A DNA stretch of 64,000 nt from Vulcanimicrobiota bacterium (GTDB lineage: Bacteria > Vulcanimicrobiota > Vulcanimicrobiia > Vulcanimicrobiales > Vulcanimicrobiaceae): contig CAVZQC010000006.1 of the NCBI GenBank assembly GCA_963777315.1, forward strand, positions 82,555-146,554, read 5' to 3'. The notes under the pieces were generated by a model that worked only from the letters and a program-made list of their open reading frames with translations, ran no database searches and was not told the origin of the DNA. Of this stretch, positions 50,081 to 60,558 are shown piece after piece (within the stretch, counting starts at the first letter, position 1; each line of letters starts with the position of its first letter). The translations under genes and the position numbers were made by a program.

Positions 50081-51029
50081 ATGTCGAACGCCCACCGGCT
50101 CGTTGCGGGTATTGCCACCGCACTGCTCACCGTTTCCTTGGCCGCATGCGGCGGGGGCGGTGGAGGCGGCAACGTCGCAACCGTGAACGGTCACGCGATC
50201 AGCCACGCCGATCTCGATCAGAAATTGGAGGGCAGCCCGGCGGCGCGGGGCGTGCTGCAGCAAATGGTCACCAACCAGCTGATCGACCAGTACGCGAAAG
50301 ACAAGAACATTTCGGTCAGCCAGAGCGAAATCGACAAAATCGAGAATCAATACAAAGCCCAGTACCCCAACGGGCAATGGGACGAGCTGCTCAAAGCGCG
50401 CGGTTTGAGCGAACAGGACGTGCAGGATCTCATTCGCCGCCAAATCGTCTTGGACAAAGCGGTCGGCGGAAGCGTTCACGTGAGTGAAAAGCAGATCAAA
50501 GACTACTTCGACAAGAACCACGCGCAGTTCGACAAGCCGCCGATGGTGCGCGCGCGCCACATCCTGGTACCCGATCCCAAAACCGCGCAGAAAATCGAAG
50601 CCGACCTCAAAAACGGCAAAGACTTTGCGGCCGAAGCCAAACAGTATTCGATCGACCCGGGCAGCCGCGACAAAGGCGGCGAGCTGGGCTGGTTCCGCAA
50701 GGGCCAGATGACGCCGGCGTTCGAGCAGTACGCCTTCAGCGGCCCTATCGGGAAAATCGAGCTCGCCGGTGAAATCGCCGTTCGGCTACCACATCATCCA
50801 AGTGGAGGAACGCAAGCCCGGTCAGAACGCAACGCTCGCGAGCGCGCACGATCAAATCGCGCAGCAGCTGCGTCAGCAGCAGGAAGCGCCGCTGATTCCG
50901 TCGTTCCTGCAGCAGCTGCAGGCAAACGCGAAGATCGACATCAGCGATCCGCGCTTCGCCGGGCTTTACCCGACGCCCGCGGCGAGTGCTGCCCCGGTGG
51001 CCGCGCCGACGGCCGTTCCGACGAAGTAG
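50081..51029 (+). CDS. prsA: PrsA-like parvulin foldase lipoprotein (frameshift near 50759)
   Basis: Lipobox LAAC, ARHILV and KGGELGW; VKSPFGYHII follows in the next frame. Confidence 0.88.
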
Positions 51030-51062
51030 CAGCTCCGGCATTGCAGGCGGCGGGATTGCAGC

Positions 51063-52253
51063 GTGCTGGTGCGCATCGTCGGACTCGGACCGGGCGATCC
51101 CGAACTGCTCACCTTCGGCGGTATCGAAGCGCTGCGCGCGGGCCGGCTCGCCGTAGCGCTGCTCGCACCGCCCGATCTCACGCACGCGCTGCATAACCAC
51201 GGCATCGCGCTCGAACCCGATCTGGTCGAAGATCCGGCGCTCTTCGTGCGCGGCAGCGAGGACGTCATTGCGCGTTTCGCTCGGCGCCTGGGAGCAGCGG
51301 ACGGCGACGTGAGCATCGGCGTGCCGGGCAATCCCGTTTCCGACTTTGCCGGACTGCCGCTGCTCCTGCGCGAGCTGCACTCGCTGGACGCAACGACGCA
51401 GATTGTTGCAGGAATGCCCAAAGCCGCGCTCGCGGCAGCGATCGGCATGCCGCTCGTGCCGCTGCCGCCGGCATCGGCAAGCTATGGGTGGGAGGATCTG
51501 ATCGAGATCATGGCGCGATTGCGCTCTTCCTGTCCGTGGGACCGCGAGCAGACGCACCGAACTCTGGTTCCGTACCTGATCGAAGAAACGTACGAGGTCG
51601 TCGAAGCGATCGAACACGGCGACGCGGGGGCACTCTGCGAAGAGTTGGGCGACCTGCTGCTGCAGATCGTCTTTCACGCGCAGCTCGGCAGCGAATCCGG
51701 GACTTTCACCGTCGCAGACGTCGTCAACGCGCTTTCCAACAAGATGGTGCGCCGCCATCCGCACGTTTTCGGCGATGCGGTGATCGAAGACGTGAACGCG
51801 CAGTGGAAGAACTGGGAGCAGCTCAAATCACAGGAAGCGACCGGCCAAAAACGCGCAAGCCGATTGGACGGCATTCCGCGTCACTTGGGCGCACTGCAGC
51901 GCGGACAGCGCATGCAGGAAAAAGCTTCACGCGTGGGATTCGATTGGCCGGGCGTTCCCGACATTCTGGCGAAAATGAACGAGGAACTGGACGAGCTCGC
52001 CCAGGCTCAGCGCGAAAAACAGGACGATCCGCGCGTGCGTGAAGAGTTGGGCGACGTGTTCTTCACATTGGTGAATCTCTCTCGCGCCATGGGCATCGAC
52101 GCCGAAACCGCAATGCGAGAAGCCAACGAGAAATTCTACAAGCGCTTTTCCTTCATGGAACGGCGCGCGGCCAAAGAAGGCAAAACGCTTTCCGACATGA
52201 CGCTGGACGAGCTCGAGGAACTGTGGCAACTGGCCAAGACGCAAGCAGCGTAA
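51063..52253 (+). CDS. mazG: YabN-type MazG nucleotide pyrophosphohydrolase with a tetrapyrrole-methylase-like N-terminus
   Basis: [22 protein letters not shown] and RRHPHVF. Confidence 0.94.
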   Translation: MLVRIVGLGPGDPELLTFGGIEALRAGRLAVALLAPPDLTHALHNHGIALEPDLVEDPALFVRGSEDVIARFARRLGAADGDVSIGVPGNPVSDFAGLPLLLRELHSLDATTQIVAGMPKAALAAAIGMPLVPLPPASASYGWEDLIEIMARLRSSCPWDREQTHRTLVPYLIEETYEVVEAIEHGDAGALCEELGDLLLQIVFHAQLGSESGTFTVADVVNALSNKMVRRHPHVFGDAVIEDVNAQWKNWEQLKSQEATGQKRASRLDGIPRHLGALQRGQRMQEKASRVGFDWPGVPDILAKMNEELDELAQAQREKQDDPRVREELGDVFFTLVNLSRAMGIDAETAMREANEKFYKRFSFMERRAAKEGKTLSDMTLDELEELWQLAKTQAA

Positions 52254-52621
52254 TTCGCGTCCGGATGAGCGCGCACGACGCTCACTACGGCGGCAATCTC
52301 GTCGACGGGGCGCGCATGCTTGCGCTGTTCGGCGACGCCGCCACCGAGCTGCTGATTCGAATGGACGGCGACGAAGGGCTGTTCGTGGCGTATGAGAGCG
52401 TGGAGTTCTTGGCCCCGGTCTTTGCGGGCGACTATATCGAAGCGCGCGGATGGATCGAGACGGTGGGCAACACGTCGCGCAAGATGCGCTTCGAAGCGCA
52501 CAAGGTGGTCGCGGCAAGGCCGGACGTAAGCGAAACGGCGGCCGACGCGCTCGCGAAGCCGGTCGCCGTATGTCGCGCTGCGGGAACGTGCGTAACTCCG
52601 AAAGAGAAAAAGCGCCGGTAG
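52223..52621 (+). CDS. kal: 3-aminobutyryl-CoA ammonia-lyase (hotdog fold)
   Basis: [49 protein letters not shown]. Confidence 0.9.
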   Translation: MATGQDASSVIRVRMSAHDAHYGGNLVDGARMLALFGDAATELLIRMDGDEGLFVAYESVEFLAPVFAGDYIEARGWIETVGNTSRKMRFEAHKVVAARPDVSETAADALAKPVAVCRAAGTCVTPKEKKRR

Positions 52622-52668
52622 GCGAACACTACCCCGCCGGCCATGCTGGTTCGGCAGGAGGAAGATAC

Positions 52669-52869
52669 ATGAAACGTCTTTTTATCGCTTTGATTTCATC
52701 CGTAGCGCTCTTCGCATTTGGTCTGGCTGGCGCTCCCAGCGCGTACGCGCACAGCTCGGGCCACATGCACAGCAGCTCGAAGATGAAGCATTCGTGTCCC
52801 AGCGGCGAGCATTGGGTCAAAGGTTACATGCGCAACGGCAAAAAGGTCCACGGGTACTGCCGCAAGTAA
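52669..52869 (+). CDS. Small secreted His/Lys-rich protein (66 aa)
   Basis: AGGAGG RBS, Sec signal ending AYA, and its own terminator. Confidence 0.8.
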   Translation: MKRLFIALISSVALFAFGLAGAPSAYAHSSGHMHSSSKMKHSCPSGEHWVKGYMRNGKKVHGYCRK

Positions 52870-52890
52870 GCGCACGCCGTGCAACGAACG

Positions 52891-52926
52891 AGCGCCGGAT
52901 CCGTGAGGACCGGCGCTTTTGCTTTT
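52891..52926 (+). terminator. Intrinsic terminator
   Basis: AGCGCCGG...CCGGCGCT followed by T-runs. Confidence 0.75.
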
Positions 52927-52951
52927 GGCGAGAGAGTCTGGCGTCCCGACG

Positions 52952-54343
52952 CTAGATCAAGCGCTCGTGCGTCTTCCTTCGCCAAACCAAGGCGTAATAC
53001 GCAAATTGCAAGGCTGCGGAAACGAAGAACGCGATCGGATAGCCCATCCACACGCCGTCCAAGCCGTAGTGCTTCATCAGCAGAAACGCGCACGGCACTT
53101 CGACGCCCCAGATCGAAAAGATGCCGATGGCCGTAGGCCAAAACACGGTGCCGCTGCTTCGCATCACGCCGCTGAGCACGCTGCTGTTGCCGAAGAGCAG
53201 ATAACTCCACAGCGTAATCATCAACAGCGTGTGCGCGATGTGTAGCGTATGCTGCTGCGTGATGAACCAGCCCAAGATGTCCCAGGCGAACACGTAACAG
53301 ATCAGGATCAAAATGCCGCCGACGGCGTAGTTCAATACCACGCCCGACCGGATGACGCTTTCGAGCTTGTCCTCGCGGCGCGCGCCGATGCACTGCGCGC
53401 CGAAAATCGAAGCCGTGATGCCGATGCTGATGGCCGGAAACTGCACGTATCCGACGATCTGGTTGACCGCGCCGTACGCGGCGGTCGCGTCCGAACCGAA
53501 ATAATTCACGAACGATATGACGGCAATCTCGGCCAGCGCAACCATGATGACTTGGATGCCCGTCGGAACGCCGATGCGAACGACCGTGCGCAACAGGCGC
53601 CAGTCGACCCGCATGTCGCGCACCATCTCGCGATCGAAGCGCAGCGGGTGGCCGGTGGCGCTCAGGTACGCCAGCAGCCCGGCGAAACCGATGCCGTTTG
53701 AGATCAGCCCCGAGAACGCTGCGCTCGCCACGCCCAAATGCGGCCCGAACCAGCCCAGAATGAACGCCGGCGTAAAGATCAGCGACAGCGCCGTGCTCAA
53801 GATCAGCGCGTAAAACGGCGTTTGCGAATCGCCGGTGCCGCGCAGGAACGTCGTATAGGCGATGTACGGAAAAAAGATCGGCAGATAGGCGAACAGCACG
53901 CGCGCATATGAAGCCGAGTCGCTCAGGATGTTCGCCGGCGTCCGTACCACCTGCAGCAGCGGCTCGGTGGCCAAAGCGCCGAAGATGCCCACGGCGAATC
54001 CAAGCACCAGACTCACTGTGAGCGTCGTGCCGGCTACGCGCTTCATCGTCCGAAAGTCGTTCGCGCCGAACGCCTGACCGATGAGCACCGTGCTGCCGCT
54101 GGACAAACCGATGATGAAGGACACGAGCAGGAACACGATCGGAAAAACCGCCGACACTGCCGCCAGCGCGTTCACGCCGATGAGCCGCCCCAAAAAGATG
54201 CTCGCTGCAGTTTGCGAGGCGGACTGCAGCGCGTTGCTGAGCATCAGCGGAATCAGAAAGACGAGAAAGAGCCGCCACATCGGACGGCTCTGGTCGAAGA
54301 TATTGATCGAACCGCGGCGCGCGCGCGGCTGTGCCTGGGCCAT
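52952..54343 (-). CDS. MATE-family efflux transporter
   Basis: About 12 TMs; IGQAFGA, LRGTGDSQTP and AQCIGA. Confidence 0.93.
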   Translation of the reverse strand: MAQAQPRARRGSINIFDQSRPMWRLFLVFLIPLMLSNALQSASQTAASIFLGRLIGVNALAAVSAVFPIVFLLVSFIIGLSSGSTVLIGQAFGANDFRTMKRVAGTTLTVSLVLGFAVGIFGALATEPLLQVVRTPANILSDSASYARVLFAYLPIFFPYIAYTTFLRGTGDSQTPFYALILSTALSLIFTPAFILGWFGPHLGVASAAFSGLISNGIGFAGLLAYLSATGHPLRFDREMVRDMRVDWRLLRTVVRIGVPTGIQVIMVALAEIAVISFVNYFGSDATAAYGAVNQIVGYVQFPAISIGITASIFGAQCIGARREDKLESVIRSGVVLNYAVGGILILICYVFAWDILGWFITQQHTLHIAHTLLMITLWSYLLFGNSSVLSGVMRSSGTVFWPTAIGIFSIWGVEVPCAFLLMKHYGLDGVWMGYPIAFFVSAALQFAYYALVWRRKTHERLI

Positions 54344-54421
54344 GCGCCCTCCGTTGGCAAGCGGCCGTCCCGAGCCCTGTTCGGCATGAGGAGCGAAGTA
54401 CGGCGCGCAATATCGCTACCG

Positions 54422-54697
54422 ATGCGGCTGGACAAGTTCATGAAGGTGTCGCGTTTGAGCAAGCGCCGAAGCGAGGCGCAGGAAGCGCTCGCGCACGGAC
54501 GGATCACCAAAGACGGCAAAGCGCTCAAACCGGGTTATCAGGTCAAGCCCGGCGACGTGCTGGAGATCCATTACGCGACCAAATACGTCACCGTGCGCGT
54601 GCGGGAAGTGCCGCTGCGCATGCTGCCGCGACACGACGCCGCGGACCTGTACGAGATCCTGGATCGGCGCAGCGACGAACCGCTGCAGTGGACGTGA
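54422..54697 (+). CDS. S4-domain RNA-binding protein (YabO/RqcP/HslR-like)
   Basis: MRLDKFMKVSRLSKRR..KPGYQVKPGD. Confidence 0.9.
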   Translation: MRLDKFMKVSRLSKRRSEAQEALAHGRITKDGKALKPGYQVKPGDVLEIHYATKYVTVRVREVPLRMLPRHDAADLYEILDRRSDEPLQWT

Positions 54698-55587
54698 GCC
54701 TGAGCGCGGACGCCAAAGACGCGCTCGCGCGCGAGCTTCCGCAGAATGCGCACTGCCGCAGCGCCTTGCTTGCCGCGCTTTCACTGTACGGTCAAAACGA
54801 CGGCTACTTCGTCACGCAGCGCAACGCGGTCGCGCGGCTGCTGCGCTCGCTGCTGGGCGCCCAAGGCGAACATCACATCGAAAAACGTTCGCAAACGCGC
54901 TTGGCGGCGGCGCCCGTTTACCGCCTGAAGATGCCCGAAAGCTCTGGGGAATTGCCGGCTAAACCCGCGCGCCGGTGCGATCGCATCATGGAAACGCGGG
55001 CGGCCTTTTTGGCCTGCGGTTCGCTCTCAGCCGGCACGCAAGGATACCATCTCGAGTTCGTGCTGCGCGATCGCGCGCGCGCCGCGCGGTTGTCGTGGAT
55101 GCTGCGCGCGCTTGGAGCGCCGCCGAAAACGATGCAGCGAAAGCGGCGCTGCGTTTTGTACTTCAAAGACTTCGAAGCGATCGTTCGGATTCTCACGATC
55201 GTCGGCGCGCACGGCGCGGTCTTACGCCTGGAGGGCGTGCGCGCGCTCAAAGAGACCAAAAACCGCATCCACCGGCTGGTCAACACCGAAGCCGCGAACT
55301 TGGAACGCACGGCTGCGGCCGCAGCGGCCCAGCGCGAAGTCATCGACTATCTGTGCGCTGCGTACGGCCTGAACCAATTGTCGCCCCAACTGCGAGAAAT
55401 CGCGCAGCTGCGCCTGAACCATCCGGATGAGAGTCTGACCGAACTGGGACGGCGATGTAATCCGCAGGTCGGCAAGCCGACCGTCAACAGCCGCTTGACG
55501 GCGCTGGGCCGGTTGGCCGGCCGCCTGCGCGGGGAAAGTACGCGCGCGGCTCGTAAAGGTCGTCGGCGGGGCGCCGCTCGCGCGTAG
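54694..55587 (+). CDS. whiA: DNA-binding protein WhiA
   Basis: AFLACGS, YHLEF, RLVNTEAANL and LRLNHPDESLTELG. Confidence 0.92.
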   Translation: MSLSADAKDALARELPQNAHCRSALLAALSLYGQNDGYFVTQRNAVARLLRSLLGAQGEHHIEKRSQTRLAAAPVYRLKMPESSGELPAKPARRCDRIMETRAAFLACGSLSAGTQGYHLEFVLRDRARAARLSWMLRALGAPPKTMQRKRRCVLYFKDFEAIVRILTIVGAHGAVLRLEGVRALKETKNRIHRLVNTEAANLERTAAAAAAQREVIDYLCAAYGLNQLSPQLREIAQLRLNHPDESLTELGRRCNPQVGKPTVNSRLTALGRLAGRLRGESTRAARKGRRRGAARA

Positions 55588-55608
55588 ATCGTCAACGGGA
55601 GTTCCTTC

Positions 55609-56622
55609 ATGCGTATCGGGATCAACGGCTTCGGCCGCATCGGAAGAAATTTTGCCAAAGCGCTGCTCGAGCGCCATCCGGGCATACAAATCGCCGCGGT
55701 CAACGACCTGACGAGCGCCGCCGAGTGCGCCCACCTGTTTACCTATGACTCCAACTACGGAACCTACGAAGGCTCGGTCGGCGTCGACGGCGATGCGATA
55801 TCGATCGACGGGCAGAAAATCGCGGTGCTCGCCGAGCGCGATCCCGCAAAACTGCCGTGGAAGGATCTGGGAGTCGACGTCGTCATCGAATCGACCGGTC
55901 TGTTCACCGACGCCGCCAAAGCTCGCGCGCACATCGACGGCGGGGGCGCCAAGAAAGTGCTGATTTCGGCGCCGGCCAAGGGCGAGGACATCACGATCGT
56001 CTTGGGCGTGAATCATAAAAACTACGATCCGGACAAGCACGACGTCATCTCCAATGCCTCGTGCACGACAAACTGTTTGGCTACGGCGGTCAAACCGATC
56101 GTCGACGATCTCGGATGGGTCAAGGGATTCATGTCCACGATCCACTCCTACACCAACGATCAGAACATTTTGGACGCGCCGCACAAGGATCTCCGCCGCG
56201 CGCGCAGCGCCGCAACCAACATCATTCCGACGTCCACTGGCGCCGCAAAAGCCCTCTACCTGACGATCCCCGAAGTCAAAGGTACGTTCGACGGCTTCGC
56301 GCTGCGCGTACCCACGCCGACGGTTTCGATGGTCTATCTCGTGGCGCAGGTCGGCAGGGAAACGACCAAAGACGAGGTCAACGCGATCCTCAAACGAGCG
56401 GCGGACGACGATCTCAAAGAATACGTGCAATATAGCGATCGCGAACTGGTGTCGAGCGACTTCAAGCACTCGCCGTACAGCTCGATCGTCGACGCGTCGC
56501 TGACGGGGGCGAACGGCGACCTGATACAAATCGGCGCGTGGTACGATAACGAATGGGGCTATTCGTGCCGCCTGGCCGACCTGACCGCGATGGTTTTGGA
56601 GAAGATTCCGGCGGGCGTGTAA
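55609..56622 (+). CDS. gap: Glyceraldehyde-3-phosphate dehydrogenase, type I
   Basis: [18 protein letters not shown] and WYDNEWGY. Confidence 0.98.
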   Translation: MRIGINGFGRIGRNFAKALLERHPGIQIAAVNDLTSAAECAHLFTYDSNYGTYEGSVGVDGDAISIDGQKIAVLAERDPAKLPWKDLGVDVVIESTGLFTDAAKARAHIDGGGAKKVLISAPAKGEDITIVLGVNHKNYDPDKHDVISNASCTTNCLATAVKPIVDDLGWVKGFMSTIHSYTNDQNILDAPHKDLRRARSAATNIIPTSTGAAKALYLTIPEVKGTFDGFALRVPTPTVSMVYLVAQVGRETTKDEVNAILKRAADDDLKEYVQYSDRELVSSDFKHSPYSSIVDASLTGANGDLIQIGAWYDNEWGYSCRLADLTAMVLEKIPAGV

Positions 56623-56628
56623 CCGGCA

Positions 56629-58596
56629 GTGCATGCGTTCCTGGCAGCTGTTCTGCTCGGCGGCGTTCCTCGCGCCGCCGAGCCGCATTTCACGCTAGCA
56701 GACACGTATCGAACCGTGGGCGTTTCCTCGCCGCGAGTATCGCCGGACGGCAAGACGCTGGTTTTCGTGAAAACGACGGTCGATCTGGATCGCAATCGCC
56801 GCGACGGACAACTGATCGTTCTTACGATCGGTTCGCGCGCGCAGCAGGTGCTGCAGACCGATCGCACGGTACACGATCCCGCCTGGTCGGCGGACGGCAC
56901 GCGCATCGCGTACCTGGCCGACGACCGGGCGCATCACGCGCAGATCTGGGTGATCGGATCGCACGCAGGAACGCCGCAGCCCGTGACCGGCGCAAAGACC
57001 GGCGTCGACCAATTCGCCTGGCGCCCCGACGGAAAAGCGATCGCGTACGTCAGCACCGATCCGCCGCCGCAGCGCACCGGCATTGCGCGCTGGCAAGACG
57101 CATTCCGCGTCACCGATAACGCCTATTTGGATCCGGGGCCGTTTCCGCCGGCGCATCTTTGGCTGGCGGTAGCCGCAAACGCTGCGTGGCAAAGCCGGCG
57201 TCTGACGCACGGTGCGTGGAGCGTGGCAACCGGCGATGCCGCTTCGACGATCTCCTGGTCTTCCGACGGACGAAAGCTGCTCTACGTCCGGCTGCCGAAT
57301 GCTTTGCTGGGCGATGCCGATCGCTCCATCGTCGAAGTGCTGGACGTTTCGAGCGGGCGCAGCCGGCAGCTCACCGCACGCAGCGCGCTCGAGTTCAATC
57401 CGCGCTTCTCGCCGGACGGCACGCACGTCGCATACACCTACGCTCGCGGCGGCGATCCGATGAACGAAGCCGACATCTTTCTTTCGCGCGCAGGCGGCGC
57501 CGGCGTCGACATATCGCGCGCGCATCTCGACGCGAATGCCGTCAACTATTCGTGGTATCCGGATTCGCGCGCGCTGCTCGTTCAAGGGCATGCCGGAACG
57601 CGCAGCGTCCTTTGGCGCCTGACGACGGGCGCAGCCGTGCACCGCATCGATCTGGGCGGCGTGAACGCTCTGGGAGACTTCGACCAAAGCATCGCGCGCG
57701 ATGGATCGATCGCGTTCGCCGGCTCCTCGGCGCATCGCCCGGCGGAGATCTATTACCGCTCCGCGGCCGGATCGCTCGCGCGGCTGACCGATTACAACGC
57801 AGCTATCGCGGCAAAGCCGCTGGGCAAAGTCGCCACGCTGGCTTGGAAAGGCCCGAGCGGGTTTGCCGAAGACGGCGTTCTGACGTACCCGCTCCATTAT
57901 CGGCCCGGTACGCGCTATCCGCTGGTTCTGCTGATTCACGGCGGCCCGACGGGCGCGTCCACGACCGGATTCGACGAACTCGCGCAACTGATGTCGGCGC
58001 GGGACTGGTTCGTTTTGCGGCCCAACTATCGCGGCAGCGACAATATGGGAAACGCCTACCAGCACGCCATCTACGCCGATGCGACGCGCGGCCCCGGACT
58101 GGACATACTCGCGGGCACGACTGCCGCAGAGCGCAGGCTGCCGGTCGACTCGCGTAAAGTCTGCGTTTCGGGGTGGTCGTACGGCGGCATGATGACGTCG
58201 TGGCTGATCACGCAGGACCGGCGCTGGGCGTGCGCGGTCTCGGGAGCAGCGGTCAACGACTTGGTGTACGATTACTCGTTAGCCGACGACATCAGCGCGG
58301 ACCGTGAGTCGATGCCCGGCTCACCGTTCGTAAACGGCAATTTGGCGCTGTACCGCGCGGTTTCTCCGCTGACTTTTTATCGCAACGTCCGTACTCCGAC
58401 GCTCATTCTGTCCGATATGTACGACGATCGCGTGCCGGCCGCTCAATCGTACGCGTTTTATCATGCGCTGCGCGATAACGGAACGCCCGTCGAATTCTAT
58501 CAATGGCCGGTTCACGGCCACTGGCCCGCGGATCCCGTTCGAACGGCGGACGTCTACCGTTACTGGATCCGGTGGATCGCCGAGCACGTGCAGTAG
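56629..58596 (+). CDS. S9-family peptidase (acylaminoacyl peptidase-like)
   Basis: PD40-like propeller, IHGGP, GWSYGG, DDRVP and HGH. Confidence 0.92.
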   Translation: MHAFLAAVLLGGVPRAAEPHFTLADTYRTVGVSSPRVSPDGKTLVFVKTTVDLDRNRRDGQLIVLTIGSRAQQVLQTDRTVHDPAWSADGTRIAYLADDRAHHAQIWVIGSHAGTPQPVTGAKTGVDQFAWRPDGKAIAYVSTDPPPQRTGIARWQDAFRVTDNAYLDPGPFPPAHLWLAVAANAAWQSRRLTHGAWSVATGDAASTISWSSDGRKLLYVRLPNALLGDADRSIVEVLDVSSGRSRQLTARSALEFNPRFSPDGTHVAYTYARGGDPMNEADIFLSRAGGAGVDISRAHLDANAVNYSWYPDSRALLVQGHAGTRSVLWRLTTGAAVHRIDLGGVNALGDFDQSIARDGSIAFAGSSAHRPAEIYYRSAAGSLARLTDYNAAIAAKPLGKVATLAWKGPSGFAEDGVLTYPLHYRPGTRYPLVLLIHGGPTGASTTGFDELAQLMSARDWFVLRPNYRGSDNMGNAYQHAIYADATRGPGLDILAGTTAAERRLPVDSRKVCVSGWSYGGMMTSWLITQDRRWACAVSGAAVNDLVYDYSLADDISADRESMPGSPFVNGNLALYRAVSPLTFYRNVRTPTLILSDMYDDRVPAAQSYAFYHALRDNGTPVEFYQWPVHGHWPADPVRTADVYRYWIRWIAEHVQ

Positions 58597-58610
58597 CGTA
58601 GGAGCGCATC

Positions 58611-59807
58611 ATGAACTTTCGCACGCTCAAGGACGTCAACGTCAAAGGCAAACGCGTACTGCTGCGCGAGGATCTCAACGTGCCGATGCACGAGGGAAAC
58701 ATCCTGGACTACAAACGCATCGACGCGTCGCTCGAAACGCTGCGGTATCTTTCGGATCGCGGCGCAAAAACGATCGTCGTCTCGCATTTGGGCCGCCCCG
58801 ACGGCAAGCCGGAAGCGAAATACGGCATGAAGCCCGTGGCCAATGCGCTCGCGAGCCGGCTCAGTACCGACGTGACGTTTGCGACCGACGTCGTCGGCCC
58901 GTCGGCTCACGAGGCCATCGAGCAAATGCACGCCGGCGATATCGTGATGCTCGAAAACGTTCGCTTCGAACCGGGCGAAGAACAGAACGATCCGCACTTT
59001 GCGCAGCAGCTCGCCCAGCTGGCCGACGTCTACGTCGACGATGCTTTCGCGACGGCACATCGCGCGCACGCCTCTACCGCAGGCGTCGCGCAGTATCTGC
59101 CGAGCTACGCCGGCTTTCTGATGCAAGCCGAGATCCAAGCGCTCTCCAAACTGCTGCACGATCCGCAGCAGCCCTACGTCTGCGTCATCGGCGGCGCGAA
59201 AATCAAAGACAAGGTCGGCGTCTTTACCGAGCTCATGCGCAACGTGCATGCCTTCTGCATCGGGGGCGGCATGGCGAACACGTTTCTAGCCGCGCGCGGC
59301 ATCGACGTGGGCACGTCGCTGCGCGACGACGATCTCGAGCCCGCTCGCGTCATCGTGGAGCTGGCGCGAACGCGTGACGTTTCGCTGCTGCTGCCGGTCG
59401 ACGCCGTCGTGTCGAGCAGCTTCGACAACGACGAGGGCGCCCATACCGTCGATTTACCGCAAGTCGGATCCTCGATGATCCTGGACATCGGGCCGAAAAC
59501 GGCCCAGCAGTACGCCCGGGCCATTGAAACCGCGCGCACCGTGGTCTTCAACGGGCCGATGGGAGTGTATGAAAAAGCGCCGTATCGTGAAGGCACGCGC
59601 GCTATCGGCGAAGCGATGAAAGCGGCCACGCAGTCGGGCGCGACGACCATCGTCGGCGGTGGCGATGCCGCTGCGGCTGCCGAGGAGCTCAAATTCGGCG
59701 AGAGCATGACGCACGTGAGCACCGGCGGCGGCGCGACGCTGGAATTTCTGGAGGGAAAGACGCTGCCCGGCATCGCCGCTCTCGAACAAGCCAAAGAACG
59801 TGAGTAG
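58611..59807 (+). CDS. pgk: Phosphoglycerate kinase
   Basis: DLNVP, SHLGRP, LENVRF and HVSTGGGA. Confidence 0.98.
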   Translation: MNFRTLKDVNVKGKRVLLREDLNVPMHEGNILDYKRIDASLETLRYLSDRGAKTIVVSHLGRPDGKPEAKYGMKPVANALASRLSTDVTFATDVVGPSAHEAIEQMHAGDIVMLENVRFEPGEEQNDPHFAQQLAQLADVYVDDAFATAHRAHASTAGVAQYLPSYAGFLMQAEIQALSKLLHDPQQPYVCVIGGAKIKDKVGVFTELMRNVHAFCIGGGMANTFLAARGIDVGTSLRDDDLEPARVIVELARTRDVSLLLPVDAVVSSSFDNDEGAHTVDLPQVGSSMILDIGPKTAQQYARAIETARTVVFNGPMGVYEKAPYREGTRAIGEAMKAATQSGATTIVGGGDAAAAAEELKFGESMTHVSTGGGATLEFLEGKTLPGIAALEQAKERE

Positions 59808-60558
59808 ACGCATCTGCGCCGGAAACTGGAAAATGCACAAGACGACCGGCGAGGCAGTCGACTACGTCCAGCGTTTTCTTCCCCAGATGGCCTCGGTGCC
59901 GCAGAACGTGCGCGTGGTTCTCTGTCCGCCGTTCACGGCGCTCGCGGCCGTCGGCAGCGCATTGCGCGAATCCGACTGCGCGGATGCCCCGCGCGTTGCG
60001 TTGGGCGCGCAGACGATGCACTGGGAAGCCGCCGGCGCGTACACCGGCGAGATCTCGCCGCCGATGCTGCTGGACCTAGGCGTTTCGCACGTCATCGTGG
60101 GGCATTCCGAACGCAGAGTGCATTTCGGTGAAACCGATGAATTCGTGCGCCTCAAAACGCGCGCCGCGCTCGAGAACGGCCTGACGCCGATCGTGGCGGT
60201 GGGCGAACCGGCCGCCGTCCGCGAAGCCGGAGGCGCCGGGGAATACGTCACGGCTCAGGTCCGCGCCGCCGTCGACGGGCTTTCGAGCGATGCGGTTGCC
60301 GGCATCGTGCTCGCGTACGAACCGATCTGGTCGATCGGCACGGGGCAGAACTGCGATCCCGCCGATGCAAACGCGATCATGCGCGCGATCCGCGATTGTT
60401 TGCCGGCGCTGCGTGACGTGCCAATCCTCTACGGCGGCAGCGTAAAGCCCGACAACATCGCGAGCTACACGCAGCGTCCCGACATCGACGGCGGGTTGGT
60501 GGGCGGCGCTTCGCTCGATCCCGCAGGCTTTGCAAGCTTGTGCGCTGCGGCCGCATGA
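59800..60558 (+). CDS. tpiA: Triosephosphate isomerase
   Basis: AGNWKM, GHSERR, AYEPIW and LVGGASL. Confidence 0.98.
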   Translation: MSRRICAGNWKMHKTTGEAVDYVQRFLPQMASVPQNVRVVLCPPFTALAAVGSALRESDCADAPRVALGAQTMHWEAAGAYTGEISPPMLLDLGVSHVIVGHSERRVHFGETDEFVRLKTRAALENGLTPIVAVGEPAAVREAGGAGEYVTAQVRAAVDGLSSDAVAGIVLAYEPIWSIGTGQNCDPADANAIMRAIRDCLPALRDVPILYGGSVKPDNIASYTQRPDIDGGLVGGASLDPAGFASLCAAAA

